Shown in pieces: positions 51,380 to 64,000 of a stretch of 64,000 nucleotides of DNA (the stretch's first letter is position 1; every line of letters begins with the position of its first letter). Under the pieces are notes generated by a model. The model searched no databases and was not told where the DNA came from. It worked only from the letters and a program-made list of their open reading frames with translations. This stretch comes from Pristiophorus japonicus (Eukaryota): assembly GCF_044704955.1 (NCBI RefSeq), contig NC_091992.1:22506001-22570000 (forward strand). Reading direction: 5' to 3'. Position numbers and translations under genes: made by a program.

Positions 51380-52520
51380 GAGGAAGGCCATTCGACCTTT
51401 TTTGGTTCATCCATCCAGAGATATCCTAATATCTCCCATTCCAATATCCCATATCCAATTGTTTCTTAAATAATTCCAAAGTTTTTGCCATCATTGCACA
51501 GAAAGTTTATTCTAATCCTTCACTCTTGTATGAAGAAGTTGTTCCTGATTTGCCTTTTTGCCTTTTACTAGCTTGAACCTGTGTCCCCTAGTTCTACTTC
51601 TCAGTTTAATTTTAAGTTGTATTCCATTCAACTTTTTCTTTACCTTTTGTAGTAATTTTGTATACTTCTAGAAGATCATCTCTTGGACACCTCCTTTCTA
51701 GGCTGAAAAGTCCAAGTCTCTCCAGTCTTTTCTCATAATTAGGACTCCACCACCATCTCTTGCCCCCCCCCCCCCACTCTACTTGGGATCAATCTAGTTT
51801 CTTGGCAACCAGAACGGGATGCTGTATGTAGAATGTGCTTTGACTAGAGCAGTATAAAGTTTGATCACTACCTCCTATGACTTGTGTTCTACTATTTTTG
51901 CTATGTAGTTTAACATCCTGTTGGCTGTGTTGATCTGCATTGGTTGGGTATGTTTAGCATCGTATTTACTAAGATTCTCAAGTCTGTGGGGTTCATTCTT
52001 GGATATGTTTAGCATCATCTGTGATGTATGTATGTGACTACTTTGACTTCTATATGTAGTACTTGACACTTGTCAGCATTAAATTTCATCTGCTATTGTT
52101 CTGGCTGTTTACATATTTTGTTGAACATATTCTGTGATTTCAGAGCTGCCTCCACTGATTCCACTGCCCCTTCTGCTTTGGTATTGTGAAAACTTGGCCT
52201 ATTTGCACTGAGCTTTTGAATCTGGGTCACAAGTAAATTAGAAACAGCGGTGATCCCAGCGCTGAGTCCTGAGGCTCCCCCTAGGCGCTTGTCTTCCCTG
52301 CCCCCTCCTCTCCAGTTAGACATAACTTCTCTAATAAATACTTGTTTCCTACCCTTCAACCAGTTTCTTATCCCTTCTGAATCCCCACAGCTTTGAGTTT
52401 AACTAATAGTTTGTCATGTGGAATTTTATCAAAAACCTTTTAGAAGTCGAGGTACACAATATCATAGAACTCACCACAATTCACTTGGCTTGTCACTTCG
52501 TCAAAGAACTCGAGGAGGTT
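51380..52520 (-). mobile_element. Old, degraded CR1
   Basis: Recognisable minus-strand CR1 motifs (cttgaacctgtgtccccta; aaaaccttttagaagtc). Confidence 0.6.
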
Positions 52521-53267
52521 GGTCAGGCAGGATCTTCCCCTTTCATGTTTGTGTATGGTTTCACAGGTGCCACTTCCTGTTGGTGGCGTTCTCCATGTGT
52601 GAGCATAGATGGTGAATTCATCAACTATGGGGAACTATCGCAGTCAAGCCCAATCCACTCCTCACTTGTCAACCACATATACACCTTTTTCACAGAATTT
52701 ACTGAGGATGATAATTGAGGGAAACTTGGTCATAGCTTACTTGTTCCTCCCCATAGCTCAGGGACACTGGCGAATTGTAGCAGATCCACCAGTAACCTGC
52801 CTGAGATCAGTTAACTCAGCACAGATCAGGAATTTAATTTGGGACCTTTCTGGCCTATACGACTCAGTTCTGTACTGACTTGCAAGTTATCAAATTAACT
52901 ATTTGGGAAGTTATTATGGTGCATCTGAAAACATGTTCATTTTTGTTATTTATGCTATTGTACTATCCGTAATTGAGGTGATGTGGATAAACTTGGAAGA
53001 TATTTCCTATGTGAAATAGCAAATAGAAAAATGTAGTTTTAGAAAAATGAATATTGGAATTGAGTACTGAACAGTTTAGTTACATTTGTATTTCTGTTGT
53101 AACTATCATTTTGATGTCATTTCAGACACACAACATTATATCTGGTCGTACCTGATTAAGAAGAAAAGTGACTTGCCCCTGATTGCAGCTGGACCATTAA
53201 AAGATTCTGTCTTTATTAATAATTTTTTCACTCTTTAATAATTTGCACACAAAAGTAAACATTGAAA

Positions 53268-54278
53268 ATGTTTAACTTAATCAAAAAAGACAAAGATAAA
53301 AAGGAGAAGAAAGAAAAGAAGGAAAAGCGGGAGAAAATGTCTGTAGCAGAATTGAAAAGTCTCGAGGAAGTTGGTCTTCGTCGTGGGCTCTTCAGTTTGA
53401 ATCGATCTTCAAAGCGGGAATCAAAGGCGAAACTGGAAATTTCAGCCCCTATCCCAATAAAAGTAGCTAGTAGTTCGGATCTCAATCTTACTGATATTGA
53501 TTCAGACACTATTAGTAACAGAGGAAGCATGATTTTTGATTCTGAGCAGTTGAGTACTGCCAGTTCCAGTGATGACCTCAAAATAGATGAGTGTAGTTTG
53601 AAGGGATCAGTACTTCAGCGCGCAGCTCTGTTTGGCTCTCTTGCTAAACAGAATTCAGTCCAACTCGTAAAGAGGTTCTCTTTTTCACAAAAGAGTCGAG
53701 AAGAGACAACATCAGAAGTGTCGACTCCATCAGAAAATTCTGCAACTCCTTCACCACAGGTAGAAATGAGAAATGAAGGCCTACTACTTGAGTACCTAGA
53801 AGAAGTGCCAATAAATGTGTCCAATACAGTGTTAATGGCAACTCCTGATATTCAGATTCCAGAAGTTGTGGATAAAAGTTTTGTTGCTGATCTACGGCTT
53901 CCTCCTATGGTACCACCTTTGCCTACAGAACCTAGAGAGCTTGTATTGCAGAGAAGAAATACAGGAGACTTTGGGTTCTCTTTACGGAGAACAACCATGC
54001 TGGACAGAGGACCTGATGGACAAGTATACCGCAGGATGGTTCATTTTGCAGAGCCTGGGGCTGGTACTAAAGATTTAGCATTGGGTCTGGTGCCAGGCGA
54101 CAGACTGGTGGAAATTAACAGTAAGAATGTTGAAAATAAATCACGGGACGAGATAGTTGAGATGATCCGTCAATCTGGGGACACCGTGAGATTGAAAGTG
54201 CAGCCAATCCTTGAGTTGAGTGAGCTCAGCAGATCTTGGTTGAGAAACCATACAGGGATTCGCAGAGATGCTTTTGGC
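53268..54278 (+). CDS. MYO18A: Unconventional myosin-XVIIIa, first coding exon (KE-rich region + PDZ domain, alpha isoform); gene continues beyond the window
   Basis: [18 protein letters not shown]..., [13 protein letters not shown], and PDZ segment [19 protein letters not shown]...[11 protein letters not shown]...LKVQPI match MYO18A. Acceptor ttcag ends at 53125; donor GGC|GTAAGT after 54278 (337 codons, phase 0). Confidence 0.96.
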
Positions 54279-56747
54279 GTAAGTACTAAAAAAAAAAAAA
54301 AAATTTTAACTCTTGATTTTATCTAGTCTTCAGCTTTGAAACTGTAGTCTTGTTGTAGCTCCAAACCACTGGAGGGAATTCTGCTTTTCAGATGTTATCG
54401 AGTCGAAGGTCCTGCTAAATGAGAATTCTGAGATCTTTATCTAGCAAGAATCCGACATCCCACAATTGAGAAACCGGTTTACTTATTACTGAACCGCAAT
54501 CTTTTAAGATTTCTTTGTGTGTAGTGGGATTATATATCGATGGTATAAAGCATTTTTGGGAGTATGGATCTTGGAGATTGTATTTAAGTGGTTTCTATAA
54601 TCACAATTGTACATGTTAAAATGATGTGATACCTCAAGCTGTTATACCCTCGGGAGCTTAATTGGCAAACTCAATTTTTCTTTTGTTCTGGTTGTCAATA
54701 ATTATAATTAGTGACAAACTAGTACATAGCTTAAATGCAAACCCCATTTTTTCTAACACTGGAGTGCTTCATAGTATTTGCATAGATCTGTGTTCCTTTT
54801 CAACCAACCTCTATTAATATTAGCATTACTGAATAATGCAAGATTTATGAAAATGCAGCAAAATAATTGTTTTGGCACATTAAGTAGAATTTTATATTTA
54901 ACTTTGACGCAGCTCTGTGTTGTCATCTGTAAAATTCCATGTCTTTTCATGTTGTGCTGTGTTTAATGGTTCACCTTGCTTTAGGGATGTGAAACAGGGG
55001 GTGTGAAATTGGTCTTGGTCAGTAGCGCGGTGACAGTGAATAGGCAGCCCGTTTTACATAGTACCCGATTTTCTTATCCATTTAATTTCAATGGAAAAGA
55101 AATTTGGGCTAAAGTACACAATTTCAGGTTTATTGAATAGGGTACTTCTGAATTATGCGTGTGTGTGTAGTTTTTTGTGTTTTTATTTTTGGCTGTACTG
55201 TGGCTTTTACCTGTAGCCATTGTTGCAATCATGATGGAGAAAAGTGCTGTACTTCACTGGTTAACTATGAATTTCAATGCCAAAACATATGATGGGGGTT
55301 CCTGTGTATTTGCATCCAGAGATGCAAGTAATTGGGGTGTTAGGCAAATATCCGGCATAAAAGGTCAAAGAAACTCGGGTGCACGTAATTACTCTGCACC
55401 TGAATTTCCTCATTTCTTTTACGCTCGTTTGCTCCTTGCACCTGAATACATTTCAGCTCATTATAATGGTACCCCCTCCCCGGCTTAAGAGCTGTACTCG
55501 CAAATTTCCTGCACTGATCCTGGTTCAAAGCAGGTGCAAAATAAAGCCCAGAATTTTAGACGCAGCAAACAACAAAGTAATTTTTCCAGTGTTTCATTAC
55601 GATTTAATTTTTTTTTCTGAGTAATTAATTTAAAAAGAAAATATCCTCAGACCTGCACTTTTGCCCCTATTTCTCAATGCACTTAATGGCCTCAGTATAA
55701 GCTACATTAACAATTGAAATGCTTTCGTGATTGCACGCCGTTGAATTTCCTCAGATTTTTGTGTTTCTGTCCAGACATGTGTAATCTGGGCGCAAACCAA
55801 ATACATGGCTTAAAAGATTGCGGGATTTTGGGTGTAAATGAGTTACGCGTATAACTACAATACGACGAAATTGCTTTGATCTTTACAGCTGTCCATTGAT
55901 TTCTCCGCCCAAGCACACCCCAATTGCGCTTATTCAGAGGCTTTCTTAAAATTACGACTAGATTTAGGGAACAGTCATTTTTCTGGTGTTTTATTGAAAT
56001 GTTTTGAATGCTTTTTTAAAATGTATCCTCACTTCAGTTAGGTAATGTTAAAAATTGTAAAGTTTGCCCCGATTGCAGGTTCCTAAACATGCTATACCTA
56101 ATGTGCATGAATGATGGTTAAATGAAACTACATTCGGGCGTATTCTATTGAGATTGTCAGGAGATTCACTCGTGATATGATAGTGGCAGAATGGGCACGA
56201 GAATGGGGCATTTTTGGGCCAAACTTCCAGGTTGCACCAATGGAGAAAATTTCAGGCCAACATATTGTGCATGAATGATGGTTAGATGGCTTGAAACTTT
56301 AATTTTCATACTTAAAGAAGGAATATATGGTGTGAGTTTAGCTCTTTCCTCAAGGCCTGGATTCTTTACTTTGATTAAAGCTTTGTTTACGCCCATTTTT
56401 ATGTTCCCTTATATGTTAATGAGATTAGCAGAAAATTTGGGTGTAAGTAGACATTGGCAAAATTGGCGCATGAATGGATGCAATTTCAGGTATAATTTCT
56501 CAATTATGTCCCCACAGAAAATTCCATTCCTATATGACCAATGTGATTATATAACCAGCATGTTTGTTCCCTCTCTTTTTCTAATACATAAAATATCAAA
56601 AGAATAAATATAACTAAAGGTATATTTACAAATCAAGTAGTGCACAAGTTTATTTTATTATGTATAGTATTTGTGGGAAAATTCATGTACAGAATTTGTG
56701 GGTAAATGCATTAGACATGTAAAGGGATGTTGCTACCTTCTGCACAG

Positions 56748-57610
56748 TTAGAATAATAGAATGATACAGCACAGAAGGAGGCTATTCAGCCCATCATACC
56801 TGCTCTTTGAAAGAGCTATCCAATTCGTCCCATTCCACTGCCCTTTCCCCATAGTCCGGCAAATAGTTCCCCTTCAAGTATTAATCCAATTCCATTTTGA
56901 AAGTTATTATTGATTCTGCTTCCGCCCTTTCAGGCAGTGCATTCCAGATCAAAACTGCTGTGTAAAAATATTTCCTCTTATCTCACCTCTGATTCATTAG
57001 CCAATTATCTAAAATCTTACCCTGTGCTAACTGACCTTTCTGCCACTGGAAACAGTATCTCTTTATTTAATGATTTTGAACCTTTCCATTAAATTTCTCC
57101 TTAACCTGCTCTGTTCTAAGGAGAACAACCTCAGCTTCTCTAGTCTCTCCACGTAACTGAAGTTCGACATTCCTGGTACCATTCTAATAAATCATCTCTG
57201 CCCCCTCTCTCAGACCTTGACATCCTTCCTAAAGTGTGGTGCCCAGAATTTGACATACTACTCCAGCTGGGGCCTAACCAGTGATTTTATAAAAGTTTAG
57301 CATAACTCCCTTCCTCTGTTTATAAAGCCAAGGATCCCGTATACTTTTTTAACAGCCGTCTCAACTTGACCTACCACCTTCAAAGATTTGTGTACATATA
57401 CCTGCAGGTATCTGCTCCTTCATCCCCTTTAAAATTGGACTATTTACTTTATATTGTTTCTCCTCATTGTTCCTACTAAAATGCATTGCTTCACTCATCT
57501 GTACGTTAAATTGCATCTGCCATCTGCCATGTGTCGGCCCAATTCATCAGTCTGTCTATTTCCTCAAAGTCTGTTACTATTCTCCTCATTGTTTACAACA
57601 TTTCTGAGTA
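56748..57610 (-). mobile_element. CR1 3' fragment
   Basis: tagaataatagaat tail; same family as 27630-28375. Confidence 0.82.
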
Positions 57611-58924
57611 ACTAATGTAGCAAACTTAAATCTTTTGCAAATGCACACGAGCCTTGTCACGCTGATGCCATTCAATTCCTGTGGCCAAAGGGACATATTT
57701 TATCATTGCGCATGGATTTTTTTTTCCACCAGATGGTTTTATTTTAATTTTGAATTTCAGAAATTGTTTATTCCTGTAAGTCAAATTACAATGATTGCCA
57801 AAACTGCATCTTGACTAAAAAAGCTATGTTTTATATTAATTTAAAACAGACTCTGCTGTGTATTCTTTAGGCATGCTTTGCCTGAAAAATTGTGTACACA
57901 GAGTTGTTTACTTAAACTGCTTGTTTATCAATCGTTGCTGATTAGCAGAAACGTGTGCAATATGTGACAGATTAAAATAACAGTTAAGAGAGTGGATTCA
58001 CACGTTGAAGTACACTTTACTCGGTTCTGTGAAAATACAGCATTATTGCAATTTTTGAAAGGAATCTTTCCTTCCTGGTATTTTTGGAATTCTTATTAAA
58101 GACAGGTGGTTTTTCAAAATCTGTTTAGCGTAGATCTATTGTTTGAAATGCAGTTATAATACATCATTTCATGGAATCTTGAACAGAAACAAGGCATTGT
58201 GTTAAAATATTATGCTGTCTCTGGGCTTCTAGAAGAATAGTTTGGAGAATAGTTTAAGTAAAGGCTAAACTGCTGATTGTAGAGATGTACTACACAGGAA
58301 GTCAGGCACTCTTGCAATAGTATGAGTTATATTTAATAGTTCATTTCAAAAGCCCTTGGCAGTTCTCCTGTTTGAGCTCTCTTCAGCTTCTGGAAAAGTT
58401 CTAGCTTAGAAATAGTGTTTAAAGACACTTTAGAAAACTAAAACTTGTGCAATAATTCAGACAAAGCAAGGCTGCTTCAAACTTCTTCATGACAAAGCGA
58501 TAGATTTTAGATACATTGCAGATTTAATTTTGTTGTTTATATTCATCATTATAACTCTTCATTTTTATCTTTATTTTTAATATTCAGATTTTTTGATAGT
58601 TTTCTTGATTCATATTTTGATGCAAGTTCTCCTGATCCGTGATGTATTAATACAAATGAAAGTTTGTGGCTTTTCACACACAAGAAAAGCCTAGAAATGA
58701 ATACAGATGATATGTAACATTTAAAGCAATTTGCTGAACAACTTTTTTATATAAATGCAAGTTTTTTTTTCTTCTTCTGAAAAACTAAGTTTGAAATGAT
58801 GTCATTAAATGCAATTGTGACTGGCTTGTACTTTATTTTTTTTTAAATCATTAAACTAGGTACTAGAGTAACAGCCAGTTTATAGTAACAACCAGGAGCT
58901 AATTCATGCAGAAACTGAATTAAT

Positions 58925-59400
58925 GGGCCCAAGTTTCGGGCCGCGCCTAGAACGGCACAGCCCCGACCTGGATGCCCATTTTTCGCGCCACGAAGTGTGT
59001 CTAAAAAAAACTTAGAGATTCTCCGGCTCTCTGCTGGTCCTCTGGATCTGGGCGCGGCGCAGCACGAGCTGCAGGGGGTGGAGCCAGGTCCCTGCGCTGA
59101 AAACAGTGCCGGGACTTCTGCACATGCGCGCTACAGTAGGCGCACATGTGCAGTAGCTCCAGGCGCCCAAAACTGTGTGGGAGGAGCCCGAAGCACGCAG
59201 CCTCTAGCCCTGGCCGAATGGCCTCACAGGGGCTGCATGCATAAGGCTGTTTCCTTCCGACCCGACTCGACCCCGCCTGACCCGACCCTTGCTTCCGACC
59301 CCGGACCTGACCCGACTCAACGCCATCGACCTGTAAATCTGGTGCTGGGGACGGGCCCTGCCCGAAGTCTTGGGCCCGGCCTGTTCAGCCCCCCTTCAAC

Positions 59401-59451
<51 letters not shown>

Positions 59452-62258
59452 TCTTTTCCCCCCCCCCCACTTCTCCTTCTTCCCCCCCCCCCCACTTCTC
59501 CTTCTTCCCCCCCCCACTTCTCCTTCTTCCCCCCCCCCCACTTCTCCTTCTTCCCCCCCCACTTCTCCTTCTTCCCCCCCCACTTCTCCTTCTTCCCCCC
59601 CCACTTTTCCTTCTTCCCCCCCCACTTCTCCTTCTTCCCCCCCCCACTTCTCTTCTTCCCCCCCCCACTTCTCCTTCTTCCCCCCCCACTTCTCCTTCTT
59701 CCCCCCCCACTTCTCCTTCTTCCCCCCCACTTCTCCTTCTTCCCCCCCCACTTCTCCTTCTTCCCCCCCCACTTCTCCTTCTTCCCCCCCCACTTCTCCT
59801 TCTTCCCCCCCCACTTCTCCTTCTTCCCCCCCCACTTCTCCTTCTTCCCCCCCCACTTCTCCTTCTTCCCCCCCCACTTCTCCTTCTTCCCCCCCCACTT
59901 CTCCTTCTTCCCCCCCCACTTCTCCTTCTTCCCCCCCCACTTCTCCTTCTTCCCCCCCCACTTCTCCTTCTTCCCCCCCCACTTCTCCTTCTTCCCCCCC
60001 CACTTCTCCTTCTTCCCCCCCCACTTCTCCTTCTTCCCCCCCCACTTCTCCTTCTTCCCCCCCCACTTCTCCTTCTTCCCCCCCCACTTCTCCTTCTTCC
60101 CCCCCCACTTCTCCTTCTTCCCCCCCCACTTCTCCTTCTTCCCCCCCCACTTCTCCTTCTTCCCCCCCCACTTCTCCTTCTTCCCCCCCCACTTCTCCTT
60201 CTTCCCCCCCCACTTCTCCTTCTTCCCCCCCCACTTCTCCTTCTTCCCCCCCCCACTTCTCCTTCTTCCCCCCCCACTTCTCCTTCTTCCCCCCCACTTC
60301 TCCTTCTTCCCCCCCCACTTCTCCTTCTTCCCCCCCCACTTCTCCTTCTTCCCCCCCCACTTCTCCTTCTTCCCCCCCCACTTCTCCTTCTTCCCCCCCA
60401 CTTCTCCTTCTTCCCCCCCCACAATACTATCTCTTTTGATCTCTCTTCCCCCCCCACTTCTCCTTCTTCCCCCCCCAAACTTCTCCTATGATCTCTTCCC
60501 CCCCCACTTCTCCTTCTTCCCCCCCCACTTCTCCTTCTTCCCCCCCCACNNNNNNNNNNNNNNNNNNNNNNNNNNNNNNNNNNNNNNNNNNNNNNNNNNN
60601 NNNNNNNNNNNNNNNNNNNNNNNNNNNNNNNNNNNNNNNNNNNNNNNNNNNNNNNNNNNNNNNNNNNNNNNNNNNNNNNNNNNNNNNNNNNNNNNNNNNN
60701 NNNNNNNNNNNNNNNNNNNNNNNNNNNNNNNNNNNNNNNNNNNNNNNNNCCGCCCCCCTCACTTCTTCCCTCCCCCCCCACTTCCTTCTTCCCCCCCCCC
60801 ACTTCTCCTTCTTCCCCCCCCACTTCTCCTTCGTCCCCCCCCACTTCTCCGTCTTCCCCCCCCACTTCTCCTTCGCCCCCACTTCTCCTTCCCCCCCACT
60901 TCTCCTTCTTCCCCCCCCACTTCTCCTTCTTCCCCCCCCACTTCTCCTTCTTCCCCCCCCCACTTCTCCTTCTTCCCCCCCCCACTTCTCCTTCCTTCCC
61001 CCCCACTTCTCCTTCTTCCCCCCCCCCCATTCTCCTCCTTCACCCCCCCACTTCTCCTTCTCCTCCTTCACCCCCCACTTCTCCTTCTCCTCCTTCACCC
61101 CCCACTTCTCCTTCTCCTCCTTCACCCCCCACTTCTCCTTCTCCTCCTTCACCCCCCCACTTCTCCTTCTCCTCCTTCACCCCCCACTTCTCCTTCTCCT
61201 CCTTCACCCCCCACTTCTCCTTCTCCTCCTTCACCCCCCCACTTCTCCTTCTCCTCCTTCACCCCCCCACTTCTCCTTCTCCTCCTTCACCCCCCACTTC
61301 TCCTTCTCCTCCTTCACCCCCCCACTTCTCCTTCTCCTCCATCACCCCCCCACTTCTCCTTCTCCTCCTTCACCCCCCCACTTCTCCTTCTCCTCCTTCA
61401 CCCCCCCACTTCTCCTTCTCCTCCTCCTCCTTCACCCCCCCACTTCTCCTTCTCCTCCTTCACCCCCCCACTTCTCCTTCTCCTCCTCCTTCACCCCCCC
61501 ACTTCTCCTTCTCCTCCTCCTTCACCCCCCCACTTCTCCTTCTCCTCCTTCACCCCCCCACTTCTCCTTCTCCTCCTNNNNNNNNNNNNNNNNNNNNNNN
61601 NNNNNNNNNNNNNNNNNNNNNNNNNNNNNNNNNNNNNNNNNNNNNNNNNNNNNNNNNNNNNNNNNNNNNNNNNNNNNNNNNNNNNNNNNNNNNNNNNNNN
61701 NNNNNNNNNNNNNNNNNNNNNNNNNNNNNNNNNNNCCTTCTCCTCCTCCTTCACCCCCCCCACTTTTCCTTCTCCTCCTCCTTCACCCCCCCACTTTTCC
61801 TTCTCCTCCTCCTTCACCCCCCCACTTCTCCTTCTCCTCCTCCTTCACCCCCCCATTTCTCCTTCTCCTCCTCCTTCACCCCCCCCACTTCTCCTTCTCC
61901 TCCTCCTTCACCCCCCCCCACTTCTCCTTCTCCTTCACCCCCCCCACTTCTCCTTCTCCTTCTCCTTCACCCCCCCCCACTTCCTCCCCCTCGTTGTCAG
62001 AAACGCAGACACACTGTGGGGAGCTTTTTTCGAGCGAACAAAAATCTTCACTTACTCCACTCTAAGTTAGTTTGGAGTAAGTTTTCACTGCCAAAACTTT
62101 CAAAACGGGCGTAAAAAAAATTCTGTTCCAAAGTGAAACTGTTCTAACTGACTAGAACTGGAGCAAACTAAATGCCGAGAATTTGAATTTCTAAAATACT
62201 CCATTCTACACCAGTTGCTCCAAAAAATCAGGAGCAACTGAGGCCGAAACTTGGGCCC
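58925..62258. mobile_element. Harbinger-type non-autonomous element containing an expanded polypyrimidine satellite
   Basis: 15-bp perfect TIRs GGGCCCAAGTTTCGG / CCGAAACTTGGGCCC; 3-bp TSD AAT (58922-58924 and 62259-62261). Confidence 0.9.
59404..61990. repeat. (CT)n followed by a 21-bp minisatellite CACTTCTCCTTCTTCCCCCCC, grading into ~27-31-bp units; two N gaps (60550-60750 and 61578-61735)
   Basis: Directly visible tandem units. Confidence 0.97.
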
Positions 62259-62517
62259 AATGTTTCTTCTATTTGTAATTATGAACCAAAAGTCCAATGA
62301 AGGAAAAAAAATCAACGAACCATCCCTTTGGGTGTTGAAAACTTGCAGTCAGAGGTTAATATTGACTTGACATTCTCCACTATAAACTCTGGTAGACTAT
62401 CATAAACTGCATTTCAAGGGTTTTTTGTCCCTTGCAGACTTCTTTGGGATAGGTCTCTTGTTTGCATGAATCAAAAATTGCCCACTTCAGGAAAATAGTT
62501 TAAAAAATTGCATATGC

Positions 62518-62810
62518 ATCATCATCATCATCATCATCATAGGTGGTCCCTTGAACGAGGATGACTTGCTTCCACATGAGTTCACAGATGTTTCGATGAA
62601 GGACCAGTGTTCCAGTCCTGAACTCCAATTGAAGGGTGGAAGATGCCTGTGTGTGGATTTTTTTTAACGTGTGGTGACCATTGCACATTAGCCACCACAT
62701 GGGCTTGACAGAGCTAGGCCTTTATCCAGTGGTAAGGGTTAGCCAGGACGACTGGAGACCTGCTCTGCTGTACGGACTGAGGGCACACATATCGCAGTGT
62801 GGACTGGCAT
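62518..62810 (-). mobile_element. RTE-like non-autonomous repeat with (TGA)n tail
   Basis: (cat)n tail then aggtggtccccttgaacgaggatgacttgcttcca; homologous to 42790-43045. Confidence 0.65.
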
Positions 62811-62889
62811 CAACACACTGTAAATTCACATTATATGAAATGCTTTTTTTTAATAAACTTCGACATTTCCAAGATTTCAAACAGCCCTA

Positions 62890-63280
62890 ACCATAATCAC
62901 GAATGGCAGTCTCTGTGACTGACCATGATGCATTATATCTCCTTGTCATCATCGACCTCTCTACAGCCATTGACATGGTTGACCAGACCATTTTTCTCCA
63001 ATGTCTCTCCCCCATGACCCTTCTCAGAGACTCTCCAGTGTTGGCTCCTTTTCCCTACCTACATCACCTCAAATCCCCCAAAGATCTATACTTGGGGGCC
63101 CCCTCTTTGTTATCCACATGCTTCCCCTTGGTCACATCTGCAGAAATAGAGCCGCTTCCATGTATATTCTGATACTGAGCTCTACCTCTCCACGGCATTT
63201 CTTAACCCCCGACGCTATCTTTGTGCTATTAGATTGGTTGACTGGCATCCAGTCACAAGTGAATCACCATTTCATAAAGA
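62890..63280 (+). mobile_element. L2 RT fragment, degraded
   Basis: LLVIIDLSTAIDMVDQTIFLQ and PQRSILGGPLFVIHMLPLG. Confidence 0.75.
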
Positions 63281-64000
63281 AGGGCGATGGTGAATTGAAT
63301 CAGTTCTTAACAGGATTTCAGACACAAAGTCCTGGAGAGGCCTCTGAGCTTAATGTTGCTAGAGAAAAGCCAAGATTCATTCAGTCATTGCTGAAGTTTT
63401 CAAGTCAGCACATTAAAGCTATTCCAAACATTTTTTGCCTGTTGGGTTATTTTTATTCTAACCTCTCATTGTCCAAGGAGAGAAAGTGGTCCTGTGAGGA
63501 AACTCCAATTCCGTATTGAAATGTGTTGACATCTGTATTTAGTCTAACTGATGAGCCATGTGTGCTGGTTTCCTGATGTGTGTTGCATTTCTGTTTTGTA
63601 AAATAAAAATTGAGGAATACCACTTGTGAATGTTGAATTAAATTCTGATTCAGCGAAGAATCTGTCAAATTAAGTAGTTACTGCTGTATTATTTGCAAGG
63701 TGCTGTGAAAAAACTCTGGTCTGGATTATTTGTTGATAGAAAATCTATCTCTCCAATATAGTTCATTGAAAAAATGTTTAATTTTTACTATAATGAGAAT
63801 AGCATTCTTTGGGGCGAAGTGCTTTTAGTCCACAATACTCTCCCATCCCCCAACCACCCCCTCCACGAAATGCTTTAATATTCTTTAAAATGTTTCCGAC
63901 TTCACGAAAGATATTCTCATATGACCAGTCAAGGCTGCCTACAGGATAACCTGCTATATTGGGTTTCTGGCCATTTATTAATGTTGAGAAATTTGAGGTT

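Noticed and set aside
17280-54278. Functional link between the connexin's PDZ-type tail and the neighbouring MYO18A PDZ domain
   Set aside because: Adjacency in a vertebrate genome is not evidence of interaction, and nothing in the sequence supports it.
53262-54326. 354-aa ORF as a stand-alone PDZ protein
   Set aside because: The real start is the ATG at 53268 and homology ends at a consensus donor after 54278; the VSTKKKKK tail is intron read-through.
54995-56500. Further Harbinger-like MITE fragments
   Set aside because: TIR-like ends are visible, but I could not pair them or find TSDs reliably, so no boundaries are claimed.
59449-60549. Regular 21-bp periodicity as a possible CRISPR-like array
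   Set aside because: Head-to-tail repeats with no unique spacers, in a vertebrate intron.
58997-62070. Long Pro/Ser-rich or Gly/Glu/Arg-rich ORFs (345-544 aa) in several frames
   Set aside because: Artefacts of a stop-free pyrimidine/purine minisatellite: open in most frames, run through N gaps, and lie inside a TIR-bounded element.

Overview
Vertebrate genomic DNA, almost certainly a cartilaginous fish (shark). The lineage call rests on SacSINE1/DeuSINE-type SINEs, shark-type CR1 and L2 LINEs, and Penelope-like palindromic repeats. Two host genes lie on the + strand. The first is an intact single-coding-exon delta-type connexin (Cx39.2/gjd5-like, 16215-17297). The second is the 5' end of MYO18A: a CpG-island promoter with a probable non-coding exon 1 ending at 43460, and the large KE-rich + PDZ coding exon 53126-54278. 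Most of the rest is layered transposon debris: a complete but decayed Gypsy (Mag-like) LTR element with TSD, a solo LTR, two decayed PIF/Harbinger elements, several MITEs (some carrying internal satellites), nested CR1/L2 LINEs, SINEs, a short Tx1/L1-type insertion and an RTE-like non-autonomous repeat. The most notable observations are: a 44-bp inverted copy of the MYO18A promoter/exon-1 sequence inserted into a CR1 fragment 1.6 kb upstream; a family of short foldback retro-inserts whose pieces rebuild a minimal hammerhead-ribozyme core; a possible 44-codon uORF spanning MYO18A intron 1; and Harbinger-type MITEs acting as seeds for satellites. I found no convincing wholly new multi-gene system. 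All calls were made by eye, without database searches.
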